A stretch of DNA of 64,000 nt, taken from NCBI GenBank assembly GCA_905178155.1, contig CAJINV010000004.1:9205159-9269158 (forward strand). The letters run 5' to 3'. Shown here piece by piece: positions 13,901 to 24,858 of the stretch. The translations under genes were made by a program, and so were the position numbers. The notes under the pieces are model-generated. The model saw only the letters and a program-made list of their open reading frames with translations. It did not search any database and was not told the DNA's origin. Origin of the DNA: Amoebophrya sp. A120. Taxonomy: Eukaryota > Protista > Dinoflagellata. The first letter of the stretch is position 1. Each line of letters starts with the position of its first letter.

Positions 13901-14865
13901 ATGCATGACAAATCATTTGACCTTTGTCGCTTTCGATCCTGACAGCTCCATAGGATGGGCGCGGTGTTGGATGCGACCGCCCCCTTCGACGGCAACCCGC
14001 CCGAGGAGCCACCGCCGGCGGGCAGCATTGACTGGGAACACGGACTGAAGTATGAAGTGCAAAAGTATCGTACTCGTATAAATGCATTCCAAATTTCCTC
14101 CGCGTGAGAAATGAAATTGGTAATGCGGATATAAGAAAAAAATTTGCAATGCAAGAGTTGCATTTATACGAGTACGATACTTTTGCAGTGGATATGAAGT
14201 ACCTCGCGGGCGAGGACGGGAAGGTGGGCCGCGGCGACTGGCAGGGGAGTGATGCGGACTGGGACAAGCTGCTCGACCAGGTCGACGATGATCCTCGTGA
14301 CGGTTACATCACGAAAAAAGAAATGGAACCTGACACGGTTCCCCTCCTGGACCCGGACGATGAAGGGCACTTTATCACGGACGATCACGATAGCAACCCC
14401 GCAGAGGATTCAGATGGCCGCGGGGAATGGGAGGACGAGCATACTACAACAACAACGACGACACAGCAACCTTTTCCAATCGAGGTGGTGGCGGGTGGAG
14501 GCGGCGGAGTCGTCCTGGTGGGTGGCGGCGCACTCTGGCTCGGCGGCCGCGGCACGAAGCGGCGTAACCCGCCGGGACGAGGACCACCACGGCGGGATGA
14601 AAAACACGATGAAAGCGACGCGGAGGACGACAAAAATGATCGACCAGACCTCGTCCCGGAAGACCGACCCCCACCACAGCGTCCAGACCCGGTAGTTCCG
14701 AGCGACAGCATCACCGACGTCGATGTGTTGCAGCGGCAGATCCACGAACTGACGCAGCTGCAGGCACAGCGACCCGTCTCGACGGAAACAAATGTGGAAA
14801 TCGCTGTCGACAAGAAAAAGAAGCTATCCAGTGTAAATAAAGTAGTATTGGTATCACAGGGGTAA
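4956..14865 (+). CDS. Large acidic protein with several EF-hand-like loops and a C-terminal Gly-rich hydrophobic segment; spans the assembly gap and may be two genes
   Basis: In-frame joins after removing 11 elements. Loops include DRNADGQLTWTE, DTNEDGILDKVE and DDDPRDGYITKKE. The start and the junctions at 6250-6620 and 7780-10190 are unresolved. Confidence 0.6.
5361..5544. mobile_element. Introner, family A
   Basis: TGCAAAAGTAT / ATACTTTTGCA; repeat CCTGC. Confidence 0.85.
5590..5901. mobile_element. Introner, family B (diverged; ends GATT)
   Basis: Degenerate B TIR; repeat GCTGA; frame restored. Confidence 0.8.
6909..7286. mobile_element. Introner, D-like (diverged)
   Basis: AAAATCCCCCCTTCCCATA and a degenerate inverse; repeat ATCGA. 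Confidence 0.8.
7430..7607. mobile_element. Introner, unassigned family
   Basis: TATTCCAGAGAAAAG / CTTTTTCTCTTTGATA; repeat ATGCC; gives HAMP|EQY in frame. Confidence 0.8.
7780..7850. mobile_element. Left end of a family G introner; right end not seen before the gap
   Basis: TATGGCGCTCTCAAA resembles the start of the element at 13302. Confidence 0.55.
8100..9029. repeat. ~46-bp minisatellite, about 20 copies
   Basis: Unit GCCGGCTGCCATCTTTTTCCAATGTTAAAAGGGGGAATGGAGGTGA, with a recurring variant TTCAAAGGGGGGACGGAGGTGACCCGTCC. Confidence 0.95.
9507..9980. other. Assembly gap
   Basis: Run of N. Confidence 1.
9981..10190. mobile_element. Right part of a family B introner, truncated by the gap
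   Basis: Ends CTTCCAGACCCAGACATTTTTACACTTGATA. Confidence 0.85.
11498..11758. mobile_element. Introner, family B TIR
   Basis: TAC...GTA termini; repeat GCGGG. Confidence 0.9.
11795..12101. mobile_element. Introner, family C
   Basis: Repeat CTGGC; opposite orientation to 639-947. Confidence 0.9.
12529..12768. mobile_element. Introner, family G
   Basis: GTTACATTCTCA / TGAGAATGTAAC; repeat CAGCG. Confidence 0.9.
12892..13174. mobile_element. Introner, family B
   Basis: Repeat GCACG. Confidence 0.9.
13302..13536. mobile_element. Introner, family G
   Basis: Repeat CCGGA. Confidence 0.9.
13581..13952. mobile_element. Introner, family C
   Basis: Repeat GGACG/GGATG (1 mismatch). Confidence 0.88.
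14051..14194. mobile_element. Introner, family A
   Basis: TGCAAAAGTATCGTACTCGTATAAATGCA and its inverse; repeat TGAAG. Confidence 0.92.
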
Positions 14866-15953
14866 ATGAATCACATTACAAATGAATCACCATACGGAAA
14901 AAAAAAATTTTCCAAGTACCGCAGTGCATGGCCCGGCTCGCACGCATAAGGAAGCGCCCAATATATACAACCAAATAACCTGAGACACAGCGACGCTCCT
15001 CAGGAAGGTCGCGCCTTTCTCGATAAGGTTTGCGCTATTTGGTTGGTGGCTACGGGGGACGAACGCAATGGCCATGAGTGGACGCTGGGGCCATCGCGCC
15101 TGAATAGCTTGCAAACAACTCGGGGGAAGCATTCGCAAACCAAAATACCAAGCACAAGCCCATTGCTAAAGATAGGAAAAGCGACACCATAAAAATGAAG
15201 TGATTACACCTCCATACCGTCGGGCGTAGCGTCCCGAGGGTGTCGGATTTTCTGAAAAAAGCTCAATTTTTGCCAAAAGTTCATCTTTTTCGAAGCAAAA
15301 AAAGAGGTGTAATCACCTTGCGTTTTGTAGCTATCAATTAGCCCTATGATTCATTTGACTCCTCCCGCTTAGTATCTGCTTGAATCACCCCTGCAAAAAG
15401 CCGCGATTTTTGGCATCAAATTGATGCCCGAAGCACGTCTTTTTCGCGTCAAATCACCCTAGCAGATATCAAGTGGGTTTGGCTTTTTTTTCGTCTGAAA
15501 CAGGCTGCACATCTCAAGTGATTACACCTCCACTGTTCCACTTCTGCCACTTGGTAACAGTAGAGTAGGGCAAAAGTAAGAATGCGAATAGTGCGCCAGT
15601 AGCACCATGCGGGGTAGCATTATGCGCCACGGTATGATGCTTTGGGGCTGGTCTTGGGGTATCTTCTATGGCATCTTCTGCGCACTACATCTCGCAGCCT
15701 TCTCCTTACCAAAATGCGACGCCTGGGGCTTTTGGTCGCAGCCTTCTCAAGCATTCGCCCACTGCAATCTACCGACCAGCTGTGTCTGGCGCGGGGAAAA
15801 AAGCTGCAGGCGCTACGGCAGTTGGGGACGCTCCGAATTTTTTTTTTTTTCGACCCTATGACTCTTTTGAAAGTGATTCACTTGCTCCTTTGATAATTGG
15901 CGTCGTAAGTCATTATACTTCCTGATTTTCCTACTTCCTTGCATCAACACGGC

Positions 15954-18136
15954 ATGGCGAGTGAGTCGCTTGCCGAAGCTGTATGTGCTGGATCTATCAG
16001 CGTATACTGATTCCGTTTTGCCTATGCTTTTTTAAAAAAGTTGTCATGCGAAAATGTATAGTAGTACGGTACGGCTACGGTTACGGAAATGATACTAAAA
16101 GTACCTTGATATTTGCAATGCATAGGAACGTGCTTTGGCTGATGATGCGGTGGAGAATGACGGGTATGGCTCGGACAAAAACCGCGGAAGTAAGAAATCT
16201 AGGAGCAGGAAGTGGTCGAACAAAAAGAGAAGGAGCAGTAGAAGTGCCAGCACCTCCACGTCCGCAGCTTTTTTGCAGAAGCTGGAGGAAGCAGTAGAAA
16301 CACATGCCGAGGAGGAGGTATCGAAAGGAAAAATTCCCCCTCCCCATATCAAAACGGAATTTCTGATGCTGGATTTGTGTACACAAATCAGGTTTGTGCT
16401 GCAGAGAGGCAATGCGGCCAGATCCCCGGGCTAGGTAGGGGCGTATGAGTCTAGTTGCTCAGCATGGCAAGCGGCTCACTTTTAGGGCCAACAGCATGAC
16501 AAATCGCTTCCATAATGGGGCGGAAGCTTCTGCCCTTGTCTTCTTGCAAGACAAATGTGATCTGTGGCCTCAAATCAGCAACGCAAATTTTCGGAAGCAT
16601 ACCTTTTCGATATGGGGAGGGGGGATCTTTCTTTTTGATAGGAGCAGGAGGAGGAGGGACAGCGACAGCACGACGGCCAGAATTTTGACGAGTCGCGGAG
16701 GAGTAGTGACGTGGTTGGAAAAATTCAAATGGTACACGATGTAGTAGAAGAAGAACAGCGACAAGCGGTGGATGATCTTGTTGATCCGCATCAACAAACA
16801 AGAGAAGAGCCATCTGCTGTGGCCGTGGTCCCCCCGTCGAATACAAGAACTCTGGTCTTTTCCAATCAAGAGAAGAAAGACCAATTCGCGCACAATCCCA
16901 CGCCACGGAAATATGGAGGCACAAACATCAGGCTCTTGGAAATCGAAAAAGTTCAAGTTGAAATACTTTTGCAATGCATAAAATCGACACAAACTACACC
17001 CCACCGGTTGATGAATGCGGCCAAATTGCAATTATTTCTAAGCGGCGCATACCGATAGAAAATTAGTGAAGCATCAATACCAATGCAATTTGGCATGCTT
17101 TTTGGGGCAAAGAGGACTGCTTTTACCATGCTGCATCGCAGCTCTATGATCTCTGACCCTCAACAGGCTCGCTCTCACAGTCGGCCTCTTCGTTTGCCAT
17201 TCCTGCGAGAATGGGACACTGTGTCTGGCATGATCTCATGCATGGTTCAGCCGAACCTTGATGTGGATTTCGAGCCTGGCACCCCCATAAGAAAACTACC
17301 CGACTGCGAGGATCTTCGAGTGCAGCAGCCTTGAAGATGGGAGCTGCTACCCTAAGTAAAACCGTCCACCCCTTGATTGATTGTTTTTCTTGGTTGTTTG
17401 CACGGCTTCCACACGAGGACCACCCAGCATGACAATATAATGATCATTCGATTTATAGATATAGAAATTTTTATCTTCATCAGGTCCTGACCCCCAAGAA
17501 GAAGTCGCGGAGCCCAGAGAGTTCTTGATCGTAAGAACCGGAGAAGATGGAGCAAGTACGGAGGGTGGTGGTGAGCAGCAAAACGGGGCTGATCATGCTT
17601 CTGACCACTCCGGGCGGACCGTCGTAGCTCTTCGTGGAACAAGTAAGCGCACGGGGGTTTCTTCCCGCACCAGTGCTACCTCTGCTACCAAGACTAGTAC
17701 GACATCAACCAGCAGCACCTCCCAGGACGAGGAGAAGCAAAAAAGCATGCTTGCACGACGTTTCAGTTTCTCGACAACTTTCATCAAGAACTACACGAGC
17801 GGCGTCTTCTCGCGCCACCAGCTCCACGTCTTGCTCCTGTTGGTTCTAGTTCCGCTGCTCGGGGTCGTGCTATTGTTTGCGGTCTACTTTGGACTCGTGA
17901 AGAAAAATCGAGTTGCAGCTGGTGTTCATCCAACATCCGGGTGGTGGTGCTGGACAAAGAAGCAGAATCGCATTGTCCCCGTTAGTGGGGACGATGTTGG
18001 TACATCAACCTCACCGGAGGTCGGGGAGGACGAGGAGGTAGTTTTCTCTCGAGGCTCGTTGGGACAACTTGCAAACTCTTCGATGAGGCCGGAGGATGCA
18101 GCTGCTCGTACGGAGCAGGTGGGCGAGCTGCAATAA
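15954..18136 (+). CDS. Hypothetical single-pass membrane protein, 4 introns
   Basis: ATG at 15954. Introns are 15981-16125 (GT-AG), elements at 16319 and 16912, and 17356-17483 (GT-AG); all joins are in frame. TM segment LHVLLLLVLVPLLGVVLLFAVYFGLV. Confidence 0.7.
15981..16125 (+). other. GT-AG intron resembling a decayed family A introner
   Basis: G-TATG...TTGTCATGC...TTTGCAATGCATA-G. No flanking 5-bp repeat. GT-AG splicing is in frame. Confidence 0.65.
16319..16640. mobile_element. Introner, family D
   Basis: Same 322-bp length as 2338-2659 and closely similar; repeat GGAGG/GGAGC. Confidence 0.9.
16912..17289. mobile_element. Introner, family C (diverged)
   Basis: TATGG...CCATA; repeat GGAAA/AGAAA. 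Confidence 0.75.
17356..17483 (+). other. Canonical GT-AG intron
   Basis: GTAAAA...CATCAG; in-frame join. Confidence 0.75.
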
Positions 18137-19584
18137 ACGTCTGGAACAACAAGCTGGGATGATTGATGAAGTTGTTCCGAAAATAAACGGGGACTATTTC
18201 TTGTTCTTACCAGATTCATCAAATTGAAGGTGAATTATTGCACGCTGATACACCAATGGAAATCAATGGTTATTTGTCTTACTCGTTCACATTTTACAAC
18301 TAATCAAAGCTTAACTCGTTATCTTTACAGCCGGAATGTTGATTCTTCCCTAAAATTATGAAAATTAAAACCTGTACAAAAAAATCAATGTAATCGTAAT
18401 ACTGTATCTCTAACTTTCAAAAAGAGCACGACGTTGAAAAATAATTTTTCGAAATATGTAGATGTAACGACAAGATGCCACAAAAAACGCAGCCTTTTAT
18501 TCATTGGTTCTCTGTCTTGTGAGTGAGAGTGTTATTCTTATGAGGTCCATCGAGGAACCAATCACAATCGAAATCGTGGTTATCAGGAACAATCGACTAG
18601 GATTCTTCAAATTGCATGGAGACGAGCCCCTGCTCTATAGAAATAAGTAAACGTCCGACCGACATTGCGGTTGAGGACATCTTCTTTAGAAAGAGATGAA
18701 GAACAAAAATTAATTTGCAAGCCTTGTAATAGTTTTATCGAAATTTTCAAACTTCTCACACTCTATAGCGGTACAATCAAGATAGGAACTATCCGGCCGA
18801 ACGTGTTCCGGCCGAACGCTAAATACAATAGGAGAAATGCGACTTCCTTTTCAGTCGAGAACAGCACTTCTAATTTTGTAAAATTAACGTGCTGACTAAA
18901 GTATAAAGACATAATCATGAAACTGTACATAAAGACGCCAGAAGTAGGTCCCGCTCATGCTTTACTGTACAATACAAGAGCGAAAAAAAAACGACGTGCC
19001 ACTAGTACTTCTTGCCTGGACGTGGAGCGCGGAGACGACGTGACCACCCGGTCATCTCAGCACTTGACAAACACGAGAACCTGCTGACAAGTATAAATTT
19101 AAATGAAAATGAGCCACCAGCTGCCGTGGAGGTGCCGACGCCGAGTGCTAGCACGACCGCACGAAAACTGTTCCGCTGCTTGTCCGTTTGATGCTATTTT
19201 CCATTTCATCGCGCACTGTCGATCGCTCGTCGTCGTCTTCGTTCCACGACCCTCGGGACGAGGGAAATGGAAATCGCATCTTCGCAAAAGTAGAAAATAT
19301 CGTCATCGTCGAAGTCGTGGTATTGTAGTGTTCGTTATTTGATGTCGTCGCACAGCAAAGAGGACTTGCACGGTCGTTCTCGTTGAGATGTTCGTATCGT
19401 ATGTGGAGGTCGGATTCACTACTGCAACTGTTTATATGAACATTGGTCGCGTGGGAATTTATCTATGTAAAAAGTGAATTTGGATTTGCATTTGCGGATT
19501 TTTAGTTTGTTCGTGCTTTTTTCTTTCTCTTTTCCGCCGTTGTTGACGTCATTTCCTCCGCTTGTGAAACTCAAAAGCAAAATT

Positions 19585-20298
19585 ATGGGCGGCACCACAA
19601 GCCGCGCCGTCAATCTTTCGGCGGAATTTCATCTAAACGAGGTTGCTGCGCAGCAGGAGCACGATGCATGCCTTGGCCTGTTCGGCGGTATTAAAACGAA
19701 AAATGTAAACGAGCTAGCTACAGTCCTGGCGCCAACCTCTTCTAGAACCTCGACCACCACGACCAACTTGCTCTCAAATTTTTTTGATAAAACCTCTTTT
19801 TTCACAAGAACGACAACGACAACCACTTCATCAACCGCGCCGGGTCGTGGGGCTGCAGGGACTGCTGCTGCTGCTGCTGCGGAACGAACTACAAATAAAA
19901 AAACCTGCTTCTGCGACGGAGCGGCGCCGAATGCGTCGCTGCTGCGTCGCTACCATCTATTCATCGACACGGATCCCTGTCGCACCTGCGGAACCCAGGG
20001 TGCCGCCTACGTCCGCATCGGGGGCCGGAGCAGCGAGACGGGGTACCGACTGCTGAAGCGCGGGTTTCCCCCCGCGTCGCGGTTTGAGATGGACATCTAC
20101 GCACCGGACGTGGGTCGGGTGCAGTACCTGAAGCTGGCGTCGCACACCCGGGACGCCTGGCTGCCGCGGCGAGTGTTCTTGGAGAATCCGGAGACCGGGG
20201 GTATGCTGGAGTTCCCGGCGGGCCAGCGGGTCGGGGAGCCAAACACCCCGGAACTCACGATCTACCCAGAACTCGAGGAATCCAGGAAGGACGATTAA
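19585..20298 (+). CDS. PLAT/LH2-domain protein with possible N-myristoylation (MGGTTS)
   Basis: The stretch YHLFIDT...GTQGAAYVRIGG...SET...F...DVGRVQYLKL...DAWLPRRVFL...F fits the PLAT beta-sandwich pattern. Intronless. Confidence 0.7.
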   Translation: MGGTTSRAVNLSAEFHLNEVAAQQEHDACLGLFGGIKTKNVNELATVLAPTSSRTSTTTTNLLSNFFDKTSFFTRTTTTTTSSTAPGRGAAGTAAAAAAERTTNKKTCFCDGAAPNASLLRRYHLFIDTDPCRTCGTQGAAYVRIGGRSSETGYRLLKRGFPPASRFEMDIYAPDVGRVQYLKLASHTRDAWLPRRVFLENPETGGMLEFPAGQRVGEPNTPELTIYPELEESRKDD

Positions 20299-21114
20299 AA
20301 ATGCGGGAAACGCAGCAAAAAATGAGACTGTTGGAACCACCACTGAACGAAAGAACGAGCGACACAACGTTTACGTACAAATATGAATATCTTTTTGCAG
20401 TTCTGGAACTACCGTAGTTCCTGACCTTCTAGCGCTTCGGTTCGCTCGCTAGGCGTACGTTGCTCTTCTTGCTGGATCGATTTACATTTTTCCTTAATTT
20501 ATGTTCTCTGCCTCTGCAGCAAGAAAGTTATCGTAGATCGACTTCACAATCGTGCTGCAAATCAGAGCACGGCTTTCCAGCCGTGCTCTGATCGCGATGA
20601 GGTTCTTCGGGTGTATTGACGATTGAGGGGCCCTCGTGCGTCGTAATGATCGTGGTAAAGGAGGCAGTCGCAATCGGACCAATCGTCGATGCTGTATCGC
20701 CGCTTCAATTCGTTTATGATAGTACGGCACTACGACTACACGACCACTGACAGTGACTCAATTGTCGGTAATGTTTTTTGCACCATATCCAATACGGATT
20801 CTCACCGCGATAACAAAAGCCAAGGACGAAATAAGGCGTGAAGAACTGATTTTATCAACGGCACATGATGTAGTTAGTCTCTCTTTAGACAAGTCCTTGT
20901 GCCACCATAGTTTTTTTTTGAAGAGATACGCGAACGTTGTGGTTGTGAGATTCCGGAGGCATTTTTTGGTATACGATATTAAGAACCACCACCGTTTTCA
21001 CAGCAAAACGAATACGAAAACCTGTGCAATATTACCTTTGCATTTCATGACTTTCCATCCTACACCCTAGGCACAATATCAATTTATCTCAATTTCCATC
21101 AGAAACAAAGCACC

Positions 21115-23829
21115 ATGGACAACGTCGACGAGGTTTTTGGGTCGAATTTCGACAACTTTCTGCAGAATTCCAACAACGTCAACATTGCGCCAGTAGTGGA
21201 CAAACTACAAGGAGAAGGACAAGCTGGTATTACGAAAACATCAAGCATAAACCAAAGTAAAAATGGAACTACCAGTAGTATCTCTTCAGCTAGTCTACTC
21301 TCATCCTGCACAACAACTCGGAACTCTAACAAAGACTCCTCGACGTCCTCACCCGCCGCGGCGACCATCCGAAGGAATAAGCGCAGCCTGCTCCGCGGCC
21401 AGTCGTATGACATTGACATGTTTGCCACGCACAAGTCCCAGCAGACGCTGCTGGTCGAAAACGCGCGGCTGCGGCGGGAACTGGAGGAGAGTAAGCGGAG
21501 TTTCGCCGGCAAGGAAGCCTGCTTTTTGAACGAGATTCGCGCACTGCAAAAACTGTGCGGAGAGCGGTTCCGGGTTGTTACCGTGGTGGCTGAAGACAGC
21601 AGTCTCAATGGCCGGGATGAAGCAGGGGAACTGCAAGCAAATGGGAGCACGAGCACGAACACGAGGATCCTTGGCAAAGATATTAAAGCAGATGAGCCCA
21701 CGTCGTCTGTGCTTGCCGGGTTGGCCGCAAACGTGGTGGCGGGGCAGCTCGCGCGGACCAGTGGCCAAACTTTGACGACGAAAACGAGGCCCAGTACTAT
21801 TGACACAACCAACATGACGATGACGCCCACGCCGTTTCCTCCTGCTGTGATGACGACAGTGACACAAGAAGCTGCACATCAAAGAGCTAGCAAAACGCGC
21901 ACGACCAACACAACCTTCAGCAGCAAGAACAAAACCAACAAGCCGTTTGCGTTTTTAAAGGCGAGCGGTCAATCCTCGTTCCTGTCGTCCGGCGGTGCAG
22001 CAGCACCATTATCTGGTGCACCAACAACATCTGTGGAGCAAGACATCAAGGTGCACGATATGCAGCGTGTCTTTCTCCGGCGGTTTGACCATCCTGGGTT
22101 GATGAAGAAGACGTCGTATAAAAAAGTAGTGTCTCTTCAAACACGAACCGTGCCGCATAAGTCCGAATTGGAATTTCTGGCGTCGTCCGATAACTCGGAA
22201 ATCGAAATGATAAATGCGCAGGAGGACGAAAATCTGCAAAGGAGTATGACCAGTAACCAGTTTGAGTCTTGCGGCAGTTCCTCGTCTGCGCCGTCATCCT
22301 CTGCTTCTTCGTCGAAACAAACATCTTCCAATTCTGGTGATCACGTACAACTCTCGACGACGACGGAGCAAAGAGGTGGGCTGCAGGAGAGCAACGATCA
22401 TCTGGTAGTAGATGAAGTTCTTGCTGTGCGCGGTACAACTCGGACGAGCCAAGATCAGGATCACTATCAAGCAAAGCAAGAATTGGATGAAGTAAACGAG
22501 GAGTTGGAAGATGACACGGAGGACTGGGCCTTTCTCGAACGCCGATTCGTGCCGTTCTCAAGAACAACAAGTGGAATGAAAAGCCGGGATAGAAATGCTA
22601 CAGAGAGGACCACGACGACCGGCGGGATCGTCGTGCCAGATGCTGGTCCTGGTGCGCAAATGGTAAACCCCAAAAGCAACGCTAGAGCGACTGCTACAGC
22701 GCCAAAAAAGCCACTCGTCTTCGCCGTTTCTCCAAATAAGACGCGAGTTGTATCAAGCAGCTCGGCTCCAGCTCCTGTCGGCGGAGCGTGGTCCTCCGCA
22801 GCGCTAGTAGCCGCGACCACCACGACGGGAGAAGGTGGACAAATCCCTAGTGCAAGTGCTCAAGAAGGATCGATTATACCCAGTACGACGATAGTAATGA
22901 AAACTAACGCCAACAGAGGACAACAAGCTACCCCTGCAGCTTCAGCGGGACGTGGACCAACTCGAGCATCTTCGCTGCTAAAAACGACAATCACGAAAGG
23001 AAAATCGATTCAGAAAGCTGCTTCCGCGTTTGGGTCGTTTGCTGCAAATCGAGCTCTTGAGCGGAGAACGACAGTGCAAATCGTAGAGGAGCAGGGGCAG
23101 GAACAGCCTCCATTAAACAATACCGTCAAGAACACTGAAGAAATAGAAGATGCAGTTGGAAAATTAAGGCGGGAAAAGGTCGTCCGCGGTCGGGGTATCG
23201 TCAAGAAGTCCGCAACAGAGTCCTCGATCTACGTCCCGCATCCGGAAAGAACTTCTGTGGAACAACCGGAAGCTGAAGTAGAGCTATCATCAGCTACAGC
23301 TGCACAACTAAGGCAACGACGTCCACCTGACAAGCCGAACTACAGCACTATTAGCCGGAAAAACACAGCTACGCAAAACGCCTTGGCTCGCTTCCGCAAT
23401 TCTGTGGCGGCGGTGCGGGCCGGTGCGACCACTGGTAAAAATGCGATGCAGGAGCTTTCATCGGGCAGGCAGAAGAACCTTCAGAGGAGCGGATCTATAG
23501 CTGTGAAGAATACGGCTTCTGCAGGAGCTGCGGGAGGTGTTGCTGTTGATCTTAAGGGGACTGTTGAACAACAAACGAATGCAGTAAAAACCCCCGTAGA
23601 ACGGTCGCCGCAAAAATCTAGTTCAACACTTGCAGGAGCTGACTCGACTACATATTCAGCCACGACGACACCGGCCGGCGCGTCGCCACAGTTGAAACGT
23701 TCATTCTCTACCAACCTGCCTCGGCCACCAGTGGCAGGAACGAAAGCAAATGCGAGGATGCGGCATGTGGCCGGTAGTGTTTTGGACAAAATTCGAGAGC
23801 AGCGGCGGGAGAGTGCGAAGCTGGAGTAG
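21115..23829 (+). CDS. Intronless 904-aa Ser/Thr/Ala-rich hypothetical protein with a short coiled coil
   Basis: Long uninterrupted ORF with an ATG start and segment LLVENARLRRELEESKR. Confidence 0.75.
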   Translation: MDNVDEVFGSNFDNFLQNSNNVNIAPVVDKLQGEGQAGITKTSSINQSKNGTTSSISSASLLSSCTTTRNSNKDSSTSSPAAATIRRNKRSLLRGQSYDIDMFATHKSQQTLLVENARLRRELEESKRSFAGKEACFLNEIRALQKLCGERFRVVTVVAEDSSLNGRDEAGELQANGSTSTNTRILGKDIKADEPTSSVLAGLAANVVAGQLARTSGQTLTTKTRPSTIDTTNMTMTPTPFPPAVMTTVTQEAAHQRASKTRTTNTTFSSKNKTNKPFAFLKASGQSSFLSSGGAAAPLSGAPTTSVEQDIKVHDMQRVFLRRFDHPGLMKKTSYKKVVSLQTRTVPHKSELEFLASSDNSEIEMINAQEDENLQRSMTSNQFESCGSSSSAPSSSASSSKQTSSNSGDHVQLSTTTEQRGGLQESNDHLVVDEVLAVRGTTRTSQDQDHYQAKQELDEVNEELEDDTEDWAFLERRFVPFSRTTSGMKSRDRNATERTTTTGGIVVPDAGPGAQMVNPKSNARATATAPKKPLVFAVSPNKTRVVSSSSAPAPVGGAWSSAALVAATTTTGEGGQIPSASAQEGSIIPSTTIVMKTNANRGQQATPAASAGRGPTRASSLLKTTITKGKSIQKAASAFGSFAANRALERRTTVQIVEEQGQEQPPLNNTVKNTEEIEDAVGKLRREKVVRGRGIVKKSATESSIYVPHPERTSVEQPEAEVELSSATAAQLRQRRPPDKPNYSTISRKNTATQNALARFRNSVAAVRAGATTGKNAMQELSSGRQKNLQRSGSIAVKNTASAGAAGGVAVDLKGTVEQQTNAVKTPVERSPQKSSSTLAGADSTTYSATTTPAGASPQLKRSFSTNLPRPPVAGTKANARMRHVAGSVLDKIREQRRESAKLE

Positions 23830-24858
23830 CGCGAAGTTGCTTTCTTGCAGACTCGCCGGCAAATGAAGTTGAAGTTGAACAGGAGCTCCTGCTTGCAGTC
23901 GCAGCCCCGACATCAACTCTGCGGTACCGAACGACAAATTATCGTGGCCATGTACGAACTTTTTGCAGTAGATGATCGCGATGACGATAGATCATGCGAA
24001 TATAGAAATCGGGTGTCTCTGAACTTCAACTTGCAGTTGCTGTTGCACTTCATTGTGAACTTACTTCGGATTATTTGGGGACGCGAAACAAACGTAGGGA
24101 GGAGAGACCCTAAGCGTGTTGTTCTTTGGCAAAATTCGTAGTGGTTCCACGGCACGTTCATATCATCCACGACGAAGCAAGCTGATGTAAGTGTAACCTG
24201 TCATATGGGAAGCCAAAGTTTTAGTTTTGTGTACTGTAATAGTAGGGTTGAGTGTTGGTGTTTCAAGAGGGTTGCTCCAGCGGGAATACACGCTGAGGGA
24301 AGGTGAATCACTTGCGTTAACGCAATGAATATACGAGGAAAGACAGTCCGTCGTGTCACTTCTGAGATTGAGTGACAAGCATGTAGCATGAACTTGTTGA
24401 ACCAACACTAAATGCATCTTACGACACGACTAGCCTGCTCTGGGACCACATAAGTATTATTGAAGCAATACACAAGATGAAATGGCCCCCGGATAGAGAC
24501 TGGTGTGCTGCCGAGAGGACAACGTGGCGTGTAGTTGCCGCGCTCCGTCCCGCGAAGATACAGTTTTTTGTGGGAAGAGACAAAAACATGCAAGGCGACT
24601 TCGAGGACGAGAGAATAAGTCGGAGATCGGTAGAACTAGCATCATGAGAGCAGCAATTACAATTGGCTCCTCGTGTTGCACATCTCGCAACTCTTCTTCT
24701 TCGTCTTGGTGCTGGGTTCATCTCATCCTCTCATTGGCAACATCACTATCTGCAGATTCGTTACCATGTCTGGATCTGGGCGAGGCAATCGCAAGGGCAT
24801 GTTTGCCGCGTCGAGAAGTTCTTGTGCGCTGCGGGTCTTCTTTTCTTCCACCTATGCG

